NCBI GenBank assembly: GCA_030704615.1
Contig: CM060734.1
Coordinates: 15,810,001 to 15,874,000, forward strand
Direction: 5' to 3'
DNA from: Takakia lepidozioides
Taxonomy: Eukaryota > Plantae > Bryophyta
DNA: 64,000 nucleotides
Shown here one piece after another: positions 41,486-52,978 of this stretch. A model generated the notes under the pieces. It was not told the origin of the DNA and searched no databases. It saw only the letters and a list, made by a program, of their open reading frames with translations. The translations under genes were made by a program, and so were the position numbers. Numbering within the stretch: position 1 is the first letter of the stretch; every line of letters starts with the position of its first letter.

Positions 41486-42176
41486 TGAATGGGATGGTTA
41501 TGCCTTGTGTGACCGAGGATGATTTCAAGGCTGGGTGCACTGGATGCCTGGCTGAGTTGTGCATTGCATTGCATGGTAGATATGCTGCTGTTGGAGAAGT
41601 GAGGAACCTGTAGACCAAGATTAGAGAGAGAGAGAAAAGGATTTGGGAAGAGAGAGAGCTGCTCAGTAAAAGGGGTTGATGGGGGATGGCCAATTTGGGG
41701 AGATGAGATGAAGAAAACATGAACCCTGAAAGAGACCAGTGGCCCTGCAGTTCATGGCAGATCTGAGCTGCCTCCCTCTAAATCTATGTCACCATTACAA
41801 AGGGGGCTTCCGATGTATCACTGCTCAAGGGAGCTTCACATTAAGGGTCGTGTTCAGCGTTGTCATAGGGCTGGTTGCATCACAGAAAAGATCATGGCAG
41901 CACTGTTGGCACTGTGATCATAGGGCAAGGCCGTTGTATAAAAGTAGAACCAAGAGCAGGAACAATCAAAACTCCCCATCCATGTCTTCTCTTCCGCTGC
42001 AGCGTGGATGAGGATTGCATGAACTCTGATCACGAACGAACTAAGGGAAACCCACAGCCATGTGAAGATGGTTGGATCACTAGAACGTTCCTTCCTTTTG
42101 CTTTGACTTCAACTGGGGAGGAGTACATATTAGAATCACCCAGAAGGGGATTCACGCCCCTTCTTTTCACACTACA
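39939..42176 (+). repeat. Element B 3' LTR (with terminal CACACTACA, 42168-42176)
   Basis: Near-identical to the 5' LTR plus the extra end. Confidence 0.92.
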
Positions 42177-42297
42177 GGCTTGCAGAAGGGACACCTAGGA
42201 GATTGGGACCTTTAGCTATCGTGGTTAGCCATGGGCTACAGGTTCAGCAAGCAAACATCACTTGCCTCCTTCTCACCATATTTTCTACTCTTTGGCC

Positions 42298-42495
42298 AAC
42301 AACCAACATGTAGCCCAGTGGTAAGGGCATATATCCTCTTATGAGTGGTTGTGGGTTCAAACAACCCTGTTGGTTGTTACAAAGGTATCCACTTTCCTAC
42401 CGGAAGGCAGTAGCCCTTCTGGATCAAGTGACACCATAAGTTACGCTTGCTTCGGCAACGCGTCCATTTATTATTTATTATTTATTATTTACTTT
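42298..42495 (+). mobile_element. tRNA-derived SINE
   Basis: A-box TAGCCCAGTGG, B-box GGTTCAAAC, closing stem AACAACCAACA/TGTTGGTTGTT, (TTTATTA)n tail, and 12-bp TSD TACTCTTTGGCC (42286-42297, 42496-42507). Confidence 0.88.
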
Positions 42496-42587
42496 TACTC
42501 TTTGGCCGAGAGCCGGATTTGCCTGTATCCATTCGTAGAGACGTTGCTTCAGTCCTCAATCTTGACGATCCGGACGTTTGGGCACGT

Positions 42588-45500
42588 CACTACAACAGAT
42601 TGCGGCTTTTACGACTCTGTGTTATGACTGCAAATGCAGTTATGAAAGCCATTTACGACTTCATGACTCTACAGTCGTAAAACCCTAGTCAGTTGTGGCA
42701 TGGCAGATATGACTCGTCAGCCTGGCTGTGATGTGATGTGGCGCCTGAGCAACTGTGGGGGTAGTCATACACGTTGGCTTTACTGAATGACTGAACGGGT
42801 CCATGTCAACCGCTGTGTAAGAGAGACACGTGCTCTCTACAGAACATGCCACGTGTCAGACTGCGACGCCATCCCGACTGCAGAGGAGGGAATCAGACGT
42901 CAGCACGTGTCGCATCATGATTTTGACACGTGGTTTCTCATGTCAATTGACACGCGTCGCTGTGGGGGGGGGGAGGGGTTGGGGATTTAATTTATTGTTA
43001 TAATAATAATAATAATAATTATTATTATTATTATTATTATTATTACTTTTGACCAACATGGGACAGTGGCACATTATTAAATAACGAATTTTTGCGATCG
43101 TGTTTTCTGTTTTATGATGGAGCAGAGAGGCCCCTGAAACTGGATGGTTGCTGGCCTACTAGATGGTTGTTGGGGCAACTGCTGTGAGTCCCCAATAACC
43201 TGGGGTAGGCCAAATAGAGCCAGCCAGGTTCCTTGGCAACAGAGCTAAAAGGGTATTGCTGCACACATGCCTGACAAGTGAGATACCAGTAGAAACACTG
43301 ATTGTCTTGCTAACAAACCCTAGACACAGTTGACATCTGCACATGGTGGACACTGGTGTGCGATGGCTACCCCTCCATAAGAAGTATACAGCCTAAGCTT
43401 TCTTAGGGAAAATGGAAGCACTCTCCACTATTCTTAGATAAAATATTTATTCGCTCACACCCTTACGGGGAAGGAGAGTTTGCCTTAGTGCCTATGCTGA
43501 ATTGCGTCTGCTACTCTCTGTAACCTAACAGGCATTCACTTTTTTGCCTCTATTGTCCCACCATTGACTGGGGTCAGAAAAGTTCATTCCACAACTTCTC
43601 CTCATCTCTGTTACCTGTTTATGGATATTTTTTAATTGTCACTTTGGCAGTATCATGTCAAAGTCACTCCAAACTATCTACCATCTACCCATGACCATCT
43701 ACCCATGCAGGTTTCTTGTAGCTATCCTTCCACAGGGAATCATCGGTAATCTGGAGCTTGAAATCGGTTTTCTTGGATGATCTAGACCCACACTCTTTCC
43801 CTGCTCCTTCAGCTATCCATGCCTCTACACAGATCATGCATATATCCTTGCATTGCTATTAGCAGCTGACAATGACAGCCTACATTTGTTCCAGCAAACA
43901 CCCAACTCAACTTACCACACTAGTTCCTATTCTCAATTGCATCTGCTACTCTCTGTAATCCAACAGGCATTTACCTTTTTGCCTCGGTTGTCCCACCATT
44001 GACTGGGGTCAAAAAAATATTCATTCCACAGCTTCCCCTCATCTCCGTTAACTGTTTTTCGATACTTTCCTGTTGTCACATTGGCAATATCATGTCAAAG
44101 TCACTCCAAACTAGATTCACTCAACCAGCTAACTTGCAGACATTGAAATTTAGGGCCGGTTCTGATAAGAGGGAAAAACAGGGTGAAATGTGTTGAAGAA
44201 GGTGCCTTTATTAGCAGTGCCTGATTTTATCAATTGTGCCGCTACTCCTGCGGCTTCCTGTTCACCATCTACCCATGCAAGTTTCTTATAGCTAAATCCA
44301 CAGGTAATCATAGGTAATCATGTGCTTGAAATCTGGCCCTCTTGGATGAATCTGGACCCATACTCTATCCCTGCTCTTTCAGCTATCACTGCTTCTGCAC
44401 AAATCATGCATCAGAATCGGCCCTAAATTTTCATGTTCAATTCTGCAAGTTAGCTGGTTGAGTGAATCTAGTTGGAGTGACTTTGACATGATACTGCCAA
44501 TGTGACAAGAGTATGCATTGAACCCATTGGTAGCGGGATATTGGGATATCTCTTGGCCATGTGCCATCGTCAAAGCTGAAATTGTACTAGTTGTCATTCT
44601 GACCACTGCCCTAGTGGACATGTATGCCAAATGTGGGTGCAGCAAGCCTGATGCAAAGGGAGAGTTGGACAACATGGCTAAATGAGATGTGGTGTTGTGG
44701 ACTGCCATGATTGTAAGGTGTGTGTAGCATAGGTGTGGGAGTAAGGCTTTGGAAACCTAAGAACAAATGATGTGGGAAAGGATGAAGCCAAACCAGGTCA
44801 TGTTCATTTGTGTTTGTTAATATGCATATGCGAGTCTAGCAGCCCTGGGAAGGGGCCAAGAGGTTCATGGTGACATCATCAAAGCTGGAATTGTACCTGA
44901 TGTCCTTCTGAACATTCCCCTGGTGTACATGTATGTCAAATGCGAGCCTGGTAGCCTTGGAAAGGACGCAAAGGTCCATTATCAAATCTGGAATTGTACC
45001 ACTAGATGTCACTCTAAACACTGCCTTGGTGGATATGTATGTCAAATGCACGCCTGGCAGCCCTGAAAAAGGGTACAGAGGTCCACGATGATATTGTCAA
45101 AGCCAGTATTGTATCTGATGTGATTCTGAACGTTGCCGTAGTGGACATGTATGCCAAGGTTGCAGGGTGCAACTACAAGGATACATGGCTGTTTTGATAA
45201 TATGGCTGAATGAGATGTGGTACCAGCCTAGCCCATAATTGCACTTAACTAGAGTAGGCAATGAGTGAAGACGGGGTTTGTGATGACATCGTCCAAGCTG
45301 GAATTAAACAAATGTTGTTCTGAACTATGCCCTTGTGGACTTGTATGCTAAATTGGGGTGCATGGAGGATGATGATCCCAGGATATGCACAACAGCGGCG
45401 CGGGATGGAGGCCCTTTGGAGAGGTCTATGAGCAAGTGGTGTGGGAAGGGATACTGCAGCACAGACCTTGTATGCACCACGTCTCTCTGCACTGGATGTT

Positions 45501-47642
45501 ACCCTAATGGATGTAAGCCTATGAGGATGTAACTCCCTTGCAGCTGATAATGACAGCCTATATTTGTTCTAGGAAACACCCAACTCAGCTTATCACACTA
45601 GTTCCTATGCTGAATTGCGTCTGCCCTCTATAATCTAACAGGCATTAACCTTTTTCCCTCGGTTGTCCCACCATTCCACAACTTCTCCTCGTCTCTGTGA
45701 CCTGTTTCTGGATACTTTCCTGTTGTCACATTGGCATCATGTCAAAGTTCAGATCGACATCTAGTACAATTCCAGCTTGGACGATGTTTCCACGAACCTC
45801 TTTGCTATTTTGCATGGCTACTGCGGCTTACACACATGTTGCAAATGTAGCCGCTGCTGCTGCGGCTTCCAATTGACCATCTACCCATGCAGGTTTCTTG
45901 TATCTATCCTTCCATAGGGAATCATAGATAATCTGGAGCTTGAAATCTGGCCCTCTTCCACACTCTATCCCTGCTCCTTCAGCTATCTATGCCTTTGCAC
46001 AAAATCATGCATACAACAATCATTCCAGCAAACACCCCCAACCCTACTTATCAATATGCATCTCAAGGCCGAGTCTGATGAGAGGGAAAAACAGGCTGAA
46101 ATAGGTCGAAGAAGAACCCATAGAGGATTTGACCGACCATCAACCCAAAAGGACCTCTTGTGTGTGCTGCTTGTGTCTTGTAGTCAGGTAATGTCGGATT
46201 GGTCTGTGAGAACCAGCACGGTGCAGATGAGCAGGCAGAGATTGAAACACGGCCTGCTAAGACCAAGCTGACTCTCCCAAGAACCTTGAAACATCAGGAA
46301 GAATACCAAATCATGGTACTAACAGGAGCCAATAGCCCACATTTGCAGGATGGACAAACTTCTTCACATCGTACATTAAGGAAAAGCCAGACCTTGCCAT
46401 TGCGGTTGTCGCACCATCTTGAAGGATCTTTAAAAATCACATGCCAACTCTGCTCCGTGCTGCAAATGAAGGGCCGAGTCTGATGAGAGGGCAAAACAGG
46501 CTGAAATAGGTCGAAGAAGAAGGTGCCCTCACCACATTGTCCTCGACCTTGTGTCATGACCCATGGAGGACTTGACTGACCATGAACCCAAGAGGAGCTC
46601 TTCAGTGTGCTGCTTGTTTCTGTAGTCAGGTAATGTCGGATTGGTCTGTGAGAACCACCACGGTGCAGCTGAGCGGGTAGAGATTGAAACACGGCCTGCT
46701 AAGACCAAGCTGACTCTCCCAAGAACGACGAGCTCCCAGCCAAAACCTCCTCACACACATACCCTAGCGTTTCTAGGGTTGCTTGCTTCAGATGCGAAGG
46801 TTGCTCCAACTGCGGCCTCCCATGCATGTTTCCCTTCCCTCCCGCTCGCTCGCTCTAAGTCCCAGCCCTCTCTCTCTATCTCCCTCCCTCCCGCTCACTC
46901 TAATTCTATTCACGGCTACCGTGATGGGCAACTTTTTAAGTTTTTTAACCTTCTTGCAAACCCTATAAGCAATTTTATATATATATATATATATATATAA
47001 AGGAAGCCTCAGGCCCTTGAGGAGGGGGAAAAATTAACCCCCTTTCATTTGGGCCATGAGACCTATAGGACGATCAACGCCCAAACATATCGTCACGAAC
47101 AATCCCACACACGGGGTAGGGCAGCGGGTTTGAACCCCGAACCACTGGGGCGACACACTGTGCACCTCCAGCCGATGTGTTTTTTTCAAATCTTTTGCAC
47201 TTTGATTTAAAAATAAATAAATCATTCCAGTGGTTAGAGTCTCCGACATTTTTTCAAAATATAAATATTGATATATTATATATATAACCAGAAAAGCATG
47301 TGTCGACACGTGCAGTCATGTAGTGATTCATCCATGTGATGATCTGGCAGAATGCATTAGAGTGAGAGTCATAAAGTCATATGTCCGTCTAGCAATTTGT
47401 ACACGTCATTCCAGTGTAGGTATGACCATGACTGGTAGTCATATCTGCCATGCCAATATTTGTGGTCAAACATGTTTGACCTATGTTGCACAGAGTCCGG
47501 AGTCATGCAATCGCATATACGCCTTCCCCGGACTTCCGTTATGACTTCAAAAGGCATCTACGACTTCAAATGGCATTTCTGCCACAAATCTGTCATGACT
47601 GCACAGCCATGTGAGTCATAAAAGCCGCAATCTGTTGTAGTG
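42588..47642. mobile_element. Non-autonomous CACTA (En/Spm) element with captured gene fragments
   Basis: ~30-bp TIR CACTACAACAGATTGCGGCTTTTAYGACTC, 3-bp TSD CGT (42585-42587, 47643-47645), ATGACT subterminal repeats. No transposase. Confidence 0.95.
44520..45370 (+). pseudogene. Degenerate PLS-type PPR gene fragment inside the CACTA
   Basis: Repeated (T)ALVDMYAKC/MYVKC, DVVLWTAMI, MKPNQVMF and EVHGDIIKAGIVPDV motifs, with stops and frameshifts. Confidence 0.85.
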
Positions 47643-47645
47643 CGT

Positions 47646-48158
47646 GCTTGTGATCAGCACGCGGAGTTGTTCAAGAAAGTCATGCCCATGGCTTTCGAGA
47701 ACCTTGCCATTGCACAACATCGCGATACATTGAGATATGCCACTATACATGGTGGAGGCTATTGTCCCGGGGTTCGGAGGTCTAACCCTGGTGACTATGT
47801 TTATCTGCAACAGACTGCTCCTACGACCCTGGATGTGACTGCACGATGTATTATTTTGAGGGTTCGCGAGGTGTTGCCCTCAGGAGTCCTGATCTTGGAG
47901 GGTCGGGATGGCATGACTTGGAAGGACCATGTGCGTAATTGCGCGCCATGTCACCTTCCGAATGTTGATGGAAAGATTGACCCAAACTTGACAGTGGTAC
48001 CTACAGGTTTGAGGTGCATGTTGTGTGGGTCTGCCAGAGGGGCAGCCACCATGCTGGTGTATGATCGATGCTCAAGAGGTTGGCACAAGGGATGCTTGAC
48101 GCCACCTCTTGAGATGGTTCCTGATGGAGATTGGTTATGTCCAGGTTGCATTGGATAG
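47646..48158 (+). pseudogene. Element A integrase C-terminus ending in a PHD finger
   Basis: LAIAQHRD..PGDYVYL.., then CMLC..MLV(Y)DRCSRGWHKGCLTPPLEMVPDGDWLCPGC (C4HC3 with one Cys changed to Tyr). Confidence 0.9.
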
Positions 48159-50286
48159 TGGGAGTGGATACAACCATGGAAGGTTAACAAGAAACGCAAG
48201 GCCAAGCTACTAGGAGACCAATACACGAGATCCTGGCTCAAGTTCACAGATTGCAAGACGGTGACTAACGATGGGGCTACTCTTGTACCCGGCTTCTTGG
48301 TCTATAGAATTGAGTGTAGTAGGGACCAATCCCCATGGATGCAATTGTATGGCGGATTTCCAGCCAACCCCGATGGATGGGAAGTCGGCGCCTAATTTCC
48401 ATCCAACGTGGTCTCATCCTACCCCTTCGGATGAAGAGTCGGCGCCGATTTTTCATCCATCGTGGTCTCATCCAGCCCCGAACAACATGTAAATGGGCCG
48501 CCAAATTCCCAGGGGTATTAAAGCTCGCTTTTTGGGTTGCCACATGTTCCACTTTCCCCCTTTTTTGCCGTCCGTTGGAAATGCTAGGAGCTGTGTGAGT
48601 TCTAAGTAGGTCTCCTGACGCATAAGCAGGACGTCCTCCCGCACACATATCATACTTCCAGGCATATCATACTCTGCATATCATACTCCGCAGACATATC
48701 ATACGCTGTTTTTTGACAGGTCTCCTTCAGTAGTCGGCACAGACTTCCGATGGCTTGTTGGGATCCCAACAATTGCCCCAACCGGGGTCTCACCCCGTGG
48801 AACTTCTCGCCCAAGTCAGGGGACATTTTTATATTCCTGTAGGATTGGATAGACCACTCTTAGCAGAGGCGGGTCAACCTATCCGCTCTTGAGTACCTTC
48901 CTGGCTTCCACGAGGGGCCTCGCGGGGACGGGCTTGCGCGGCTCTGGTGCCTTTGCATCGTCGATGTGGAGTATCCGCGTGCATGGGACATCCCCAAAAG
49001 CCGCACGACCTTCCTGTATCATTGGAGGTGTTGCTAGTGGGCCTACGACGATTGCATCTGGTGTACGTACAGGCCTCCGCGGATTCCCTCGCAAACAGTC
49101 TATGGAGACATTCTCATAAGCTACGAGGATGAGTCCTACGAGCACAAATTTCCACCGCAAAAATCTCCATTTACGATGGCGCTTATATCGGGAGTCATGA
49201 CACCGTTGTCGACTACAGCGAAGGGGAGCGGACTACATCCATTGTCTTTACCTACCGACACCCAGTCAGTCTTGAGCTTGTTGAGATGCCAATCGAGGTT
49301 CCAGCTTCTTGGTGAGAACAGTGCAAACACCTGGCAAATTCCGAAGTTACCTGAGCATGGAATGCTTGCATACCTCAAGCTTACCTCGGCTTGTGAGAGC
49401 ATGCATACTAGTCAAAGTTCATTATATGAATAAATGATTTCTCTGAAGAAAAGATCCAGTTTTTGTGTAATGTTGAGTTTTTATTGCATGTTCACTTTTG
49501 CCTCAGAGGATCCAGTACCGAATCTTGTACCAAGTCCGGAACGAACTTTGTGAAATGCCGCAAGGTGCTGATTTTCTTGCACACCGGGGGGTCGGGACAC
49601 AAGAGGGGCTGCCCCTTTGGTGGGGGCAGTGGCAGCAAATAAGAAAGGGGGCTGAAGCACCCTTGAGTGCCAAAGGCACACAAGGAGGCGGTGGCGCTCA
49701 CTAGGTGGAGCCCCGCAAACCGGGTGGCGGTGGTGAGGGCTCCACGAGGGGTGGTGGTAGCGTAGGGAGTCGTAGTGGGGATGGCATAGGACTCACCATG
49801 AGGCTGAGACCTTGTGGTGGGAGTCGTGGGGAGTCTTGGGACTCACCACGGTCCATTGGGGCCGTGGTGGGTAGGCCAAGACTCACCACGGCTCACCACT
49901 GGGACGATCGAGGGTCTAAGTGGTGGTGCACCAGATTTGGACTGTGCTATTTGTGGAACCCCTGCAGACACCTACAGAAGTATATATAAGGAGTAGTCCC
50001 CGAGAACGGTGCAAGCCCGTTGGTGACCAAAAACTAGTGAGTAAGCGTGCGAGCCGAAAAGCGACCAAGGTGTGGGGAGCTGTTCCGGACTGCCATCTAC
50101 CAAAGGGAATTTCCACTGAGCCCAACAGGTTGAGGGTCGAGTGAGAGTGTGAGGGGGACTGTTATGCCCCGGTGAGCAGCCGAAGCTCCGAGTTGGTCCG
50201 GCGGCCAGTTTGGGAGTTAGGCGCGCGCATCAAAGCAAGTAACTATGACTTGAAAGGGAGTTTACCGAAGTGAGGTGCGCGACACT

Positions 50287-50298
50287 TGGTATCAGAGC
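50287..50298 (+). promoter_or_regulatory. Primer-binding site, tRNA-iMet (element C)
   Basis: ..GCGACA-CT-TGGTATCAGAGC. Confidence 0.92.
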
Positions 50299-50581
50299 TT
50301 AGAGTTCAGTACACGATCGTCCTTGAGATCGACCTCACCATGGGGTCAGGCAAGACAAAGCAAAAGCGGAATGGCCCGAAAGACGATGATCTTGGTGAGC
50401 CCGGTGGGGGCGACGTGTCACCGAAGCCGCAAATGGAAGAGGCGATTTATGCTTCTGAAAGCAAGGCCGCTCAAGAACGGGAGGAATTTGGGGAGTCAGA
50501 GCCCGAGGACTTCCCAAAGGCTCCGCCAGACCAACAGATGTCTCCCATGCGAGCAGCCTTTTGGGAAGGGTTGTTGGTGCA

Positions 50582-51328
50582 GTCCCACACAGCCGTCACA
50601 GTCGTCACAGCCCACACAGCCCACACAGCCAGTCACAGCCCGGCACAGCCACACAGCCAGTCACAGCCCGACACAGCCAAACACAGCCAGTCACCGCTTG
50701 ACACAGCTGTCACGATAATAGGGAACGAAGAGTAGGACAGGGAACGACTGTGGGGAACAACACCAGTGAAGGGAACATGTTAGTTCACATACGACGGTTA
50801 GAGAGGGAAACGGTTAGAACCGCGGATAGGAGGATAAAGGGAAGAACGGGGAATAGGAAGGGGATCATTATTCGGGGAGGACTTCGGAGACAGGCGGGAG
50901 CGGAGATCGGAGAGCACGATGAAGGAGAAAAGAGGATTAGTAGATGCTTGTCATATGCAAAGCTAGAGTGATATTTTAGAGCAGATTAGAGACATAATGG
51001 ATTCGGCCTGATACCTGATAAATCATAATCTGATACTTATACGATACAATCACACTGTGTAGAGAGATCTGAGTGAAGCTGTGGATTGAATGGAGGAGTT
51101 AAGGAAACCGATAAATTGATGAAGCAAACTGATACTTAATTATCAATGGTAAGGTAGCTAAGATGAATGCGGAAAAGGAAACAAATAGGAAACACCCCCA
51201 TGATACACTAGCTGTAGGTCATGACTGATTGTTCTGCGCGGGCTGAGTACTTAGAGATTTCCAACTCTTCTATCTTGGAGTTTCCGCCTCGGATAGCGAA
51301 GGGATGGGTGAGTAAAAGCCGCGCGACA
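50582..51328 (+). repeat. Partial element D LTR, inverted relative to 60289-61381
   Basis: Reverse complement of ~60289-61000; ORF 50750-50971(+) is identical to 60646-60867(-). Confidence 0.92.
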
Positions 51329-51333
51329 ATCTT

Positions 51334-51662
51334 GTCCTGGGCGAGCCAGGACGCGTTGAGGGGCACAAACTGTCTTTTCATAAGTTCCTTGAACCCACTC
51401 CAGCTCAAGGTTTTTGGGTTTGGCCCTTGGTTATGAAGGCGCTTCTGCCATCATTGTTGAGCATAGCCCCTCAAATAGGTGGGAGCCACTTCCACCCGAT
51501 CCTCGTCACTCAACTTGGCCGCCCAGAAGTAGTGCTCCAGCTCCAAGAGCCAGGTGTTGAGTGCCTTCCAATTTTGGACGCCCTCGAAGGTGTCGGGTTC
51601 CTTAGGCTTCACCTTAAACTTTGCCTTAGTGGAAGAGGCATTAGCCGCCCTCATCACGTCTT
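51334..51662 (-). pseudogene. Inverted piece of element C gag
   Basis: PKEPDTFEG..LNTWLLELEHYF..WSGFKELMKRQFVP..WLAQDK, which continues as KMRNLKQT at 61382(+). Confidence 0.85.
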
Positions 51663-52967
51663 TTAACGTCCCTCCCTCTCTGAAGGTCCTGCTTCCAGTA
51701 ATAACATTCTTTTGTGCTGCTGTGCCCCTCCCTGGTCATGAGCTTGGGAAACATTATCATGCGGAATCCGTGAAGCCAGTGGATCCGCCACTACCGTCTT
51801 TCCCCTTCTCTGCCTCTTAGTCTCGGGTTGTGCTGCTAGTCCACCCTCACTGTGTGAAGAGCCTTGCTCTTCCATTGCAGTTGTTTCTGGCTCAAACACT
51901 CCCATTTCCTTCCTTTCTTGTGCATTAAGTATGCCAGAACTAAGGATTATTTGAGCAATGATTGGGCCAGACACTATGATAGGAGATTTTGCGGTAGTAC
52001 CTTGTAATCTTTTCATCTCCTCTACCAGTGCGTTGTACATTATGTCCGCCCATGGTACCTCTTGTCCCTTCAAGCCTTTGAGGATTTCCTCTGTGAAGGA
52101 TCTGCTCAAATATTGTTGGTTCTGTTTCAGGGCAATCAGAACGTTCAATACTTGGCCTATGTCTTTTAACCCTGGGTACACAGCTTTGGTACAAGCATAA
52201 CCCTGAGTTTTAAAGAAACTCCCTTCTTGGAATAAATCCCCTATTTGCAGTCTTTCTCTGTGTTCCTCCACATACACATGACCTTCTGGCAATCGAAACA
52301 ATTGCTGGAGGTATAGGGGAGTAATCATTAATTCAACTCCCTTCACCGTTGTTGTTCCTGTCTTTGGCTCAAAGTTCTGCAAAAATTGTAACATGTACTG
52401 TCTATGGTGTAGTGTCCAATCCATGCTTTGCAATCCTTCCAATCTCAGCTCCTTCAGTATCTTTATCGCCTGTGGGGTAGCCATCGTTTGTTTCTGCAGA
52501 ATTGTGGTGCTCTTCACCCTGATTTCCTCCATTCCTCTCACTCTCTTCATCTTAGACTCACAGAACTGCTTTGGCTGTAACAACTGCAGGAATGCCTGTA
52601 GTGCACAAAGCAGAAACGTATGGTTGCCGCAGAAAGCTATGGGTAATCTCTTGTAAGCCTGCGGGGCTTGCAAGCATTGTTCAAGAGAAAAGCTCTGCTC
52701 TTTCGTTTCGTGTCTCTGCCATTGCGTAAATAATATTGCGAGCGTATAGTCTGTTAGTTCCTCCATAGTTTCCAAGTTATAGCATTTATGGCCTGTCCTG
52801 TCGAGACGCCCGTTACTCAGAACGACGCCGCCTCTTGCGCTTAATTTCCCTCCATTTTCTTGATCATTTCTCTGGTTTTCTATTGGCTGTATCCGCTGTG
52901 ACTGGATTTTAACTTTTATCTTCTTTAGTGGACTTTCCCTGTTGGATAGTCCACTAGGATCACACAT
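51663..52967 (-). CDS. Element D additional 3' ORF (downstream of pol, same strand), function unknown, 3'-truncated
   Basis: 434-aa open frame directly after integrase; ITPLYLQQLFRLP..VPWADIMYNAL resembles accessory ORFs of plant non-chromoviral Gypsy elements. Confidence 0.6.
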   Translation of the reverse strand: MCDPSGLSNRESPLKKIKVKIQSQRIQPIENQRNDQENGGKLSARGGVVLSNGRLDRTGHKCYNLETMEELTDYTLAILFTQWQRHETKEQSFSLEQCLQAPQAYKRLPIAFCGNHTFLLCALQAFLQLLQPKQFCESKMKRVRGMEEIRVKSTTILQKQTMATPQAIKILKELRLEGLQSMDWTLHHRQYMLQFLQNFEPKTGTTTVKGVELMITPLYLQQLFRLPEGHVYVEEHRERLQIGDLFQEGSFFKTQGYACTKAVYPGLKDIGQVLNVLIALKQNQQYLSRSFTEEILKGLKGQEVPWADIMYNALVEEMKRLQGTTAKSPIIVSGPIIAQIILSSGILNAQERKEMGVFEPETTAMEEQGSSHSEGGLAAQPETKRQRRGKTVVADPLASRIPHDNVSQAHDQGGAQQHKRMLLLEAGPSEREGR

Positions 52968-52978
52968 GCGACATGAAT

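Noticed and set aside
42298-42380. Functional tRNA gene
   Set aside because: The anticodon arm is degenerate. It is followed by a body and repeat tail, flanked by a TSD, and sits inside an integrase ORF, so it is a SINE.
46070-46520. Hammerhead ribozyme (CTGATGA..GAAA, twice)
   Set aside because: Stem II pairs poorly and there is no complementary stem I after a UH site.
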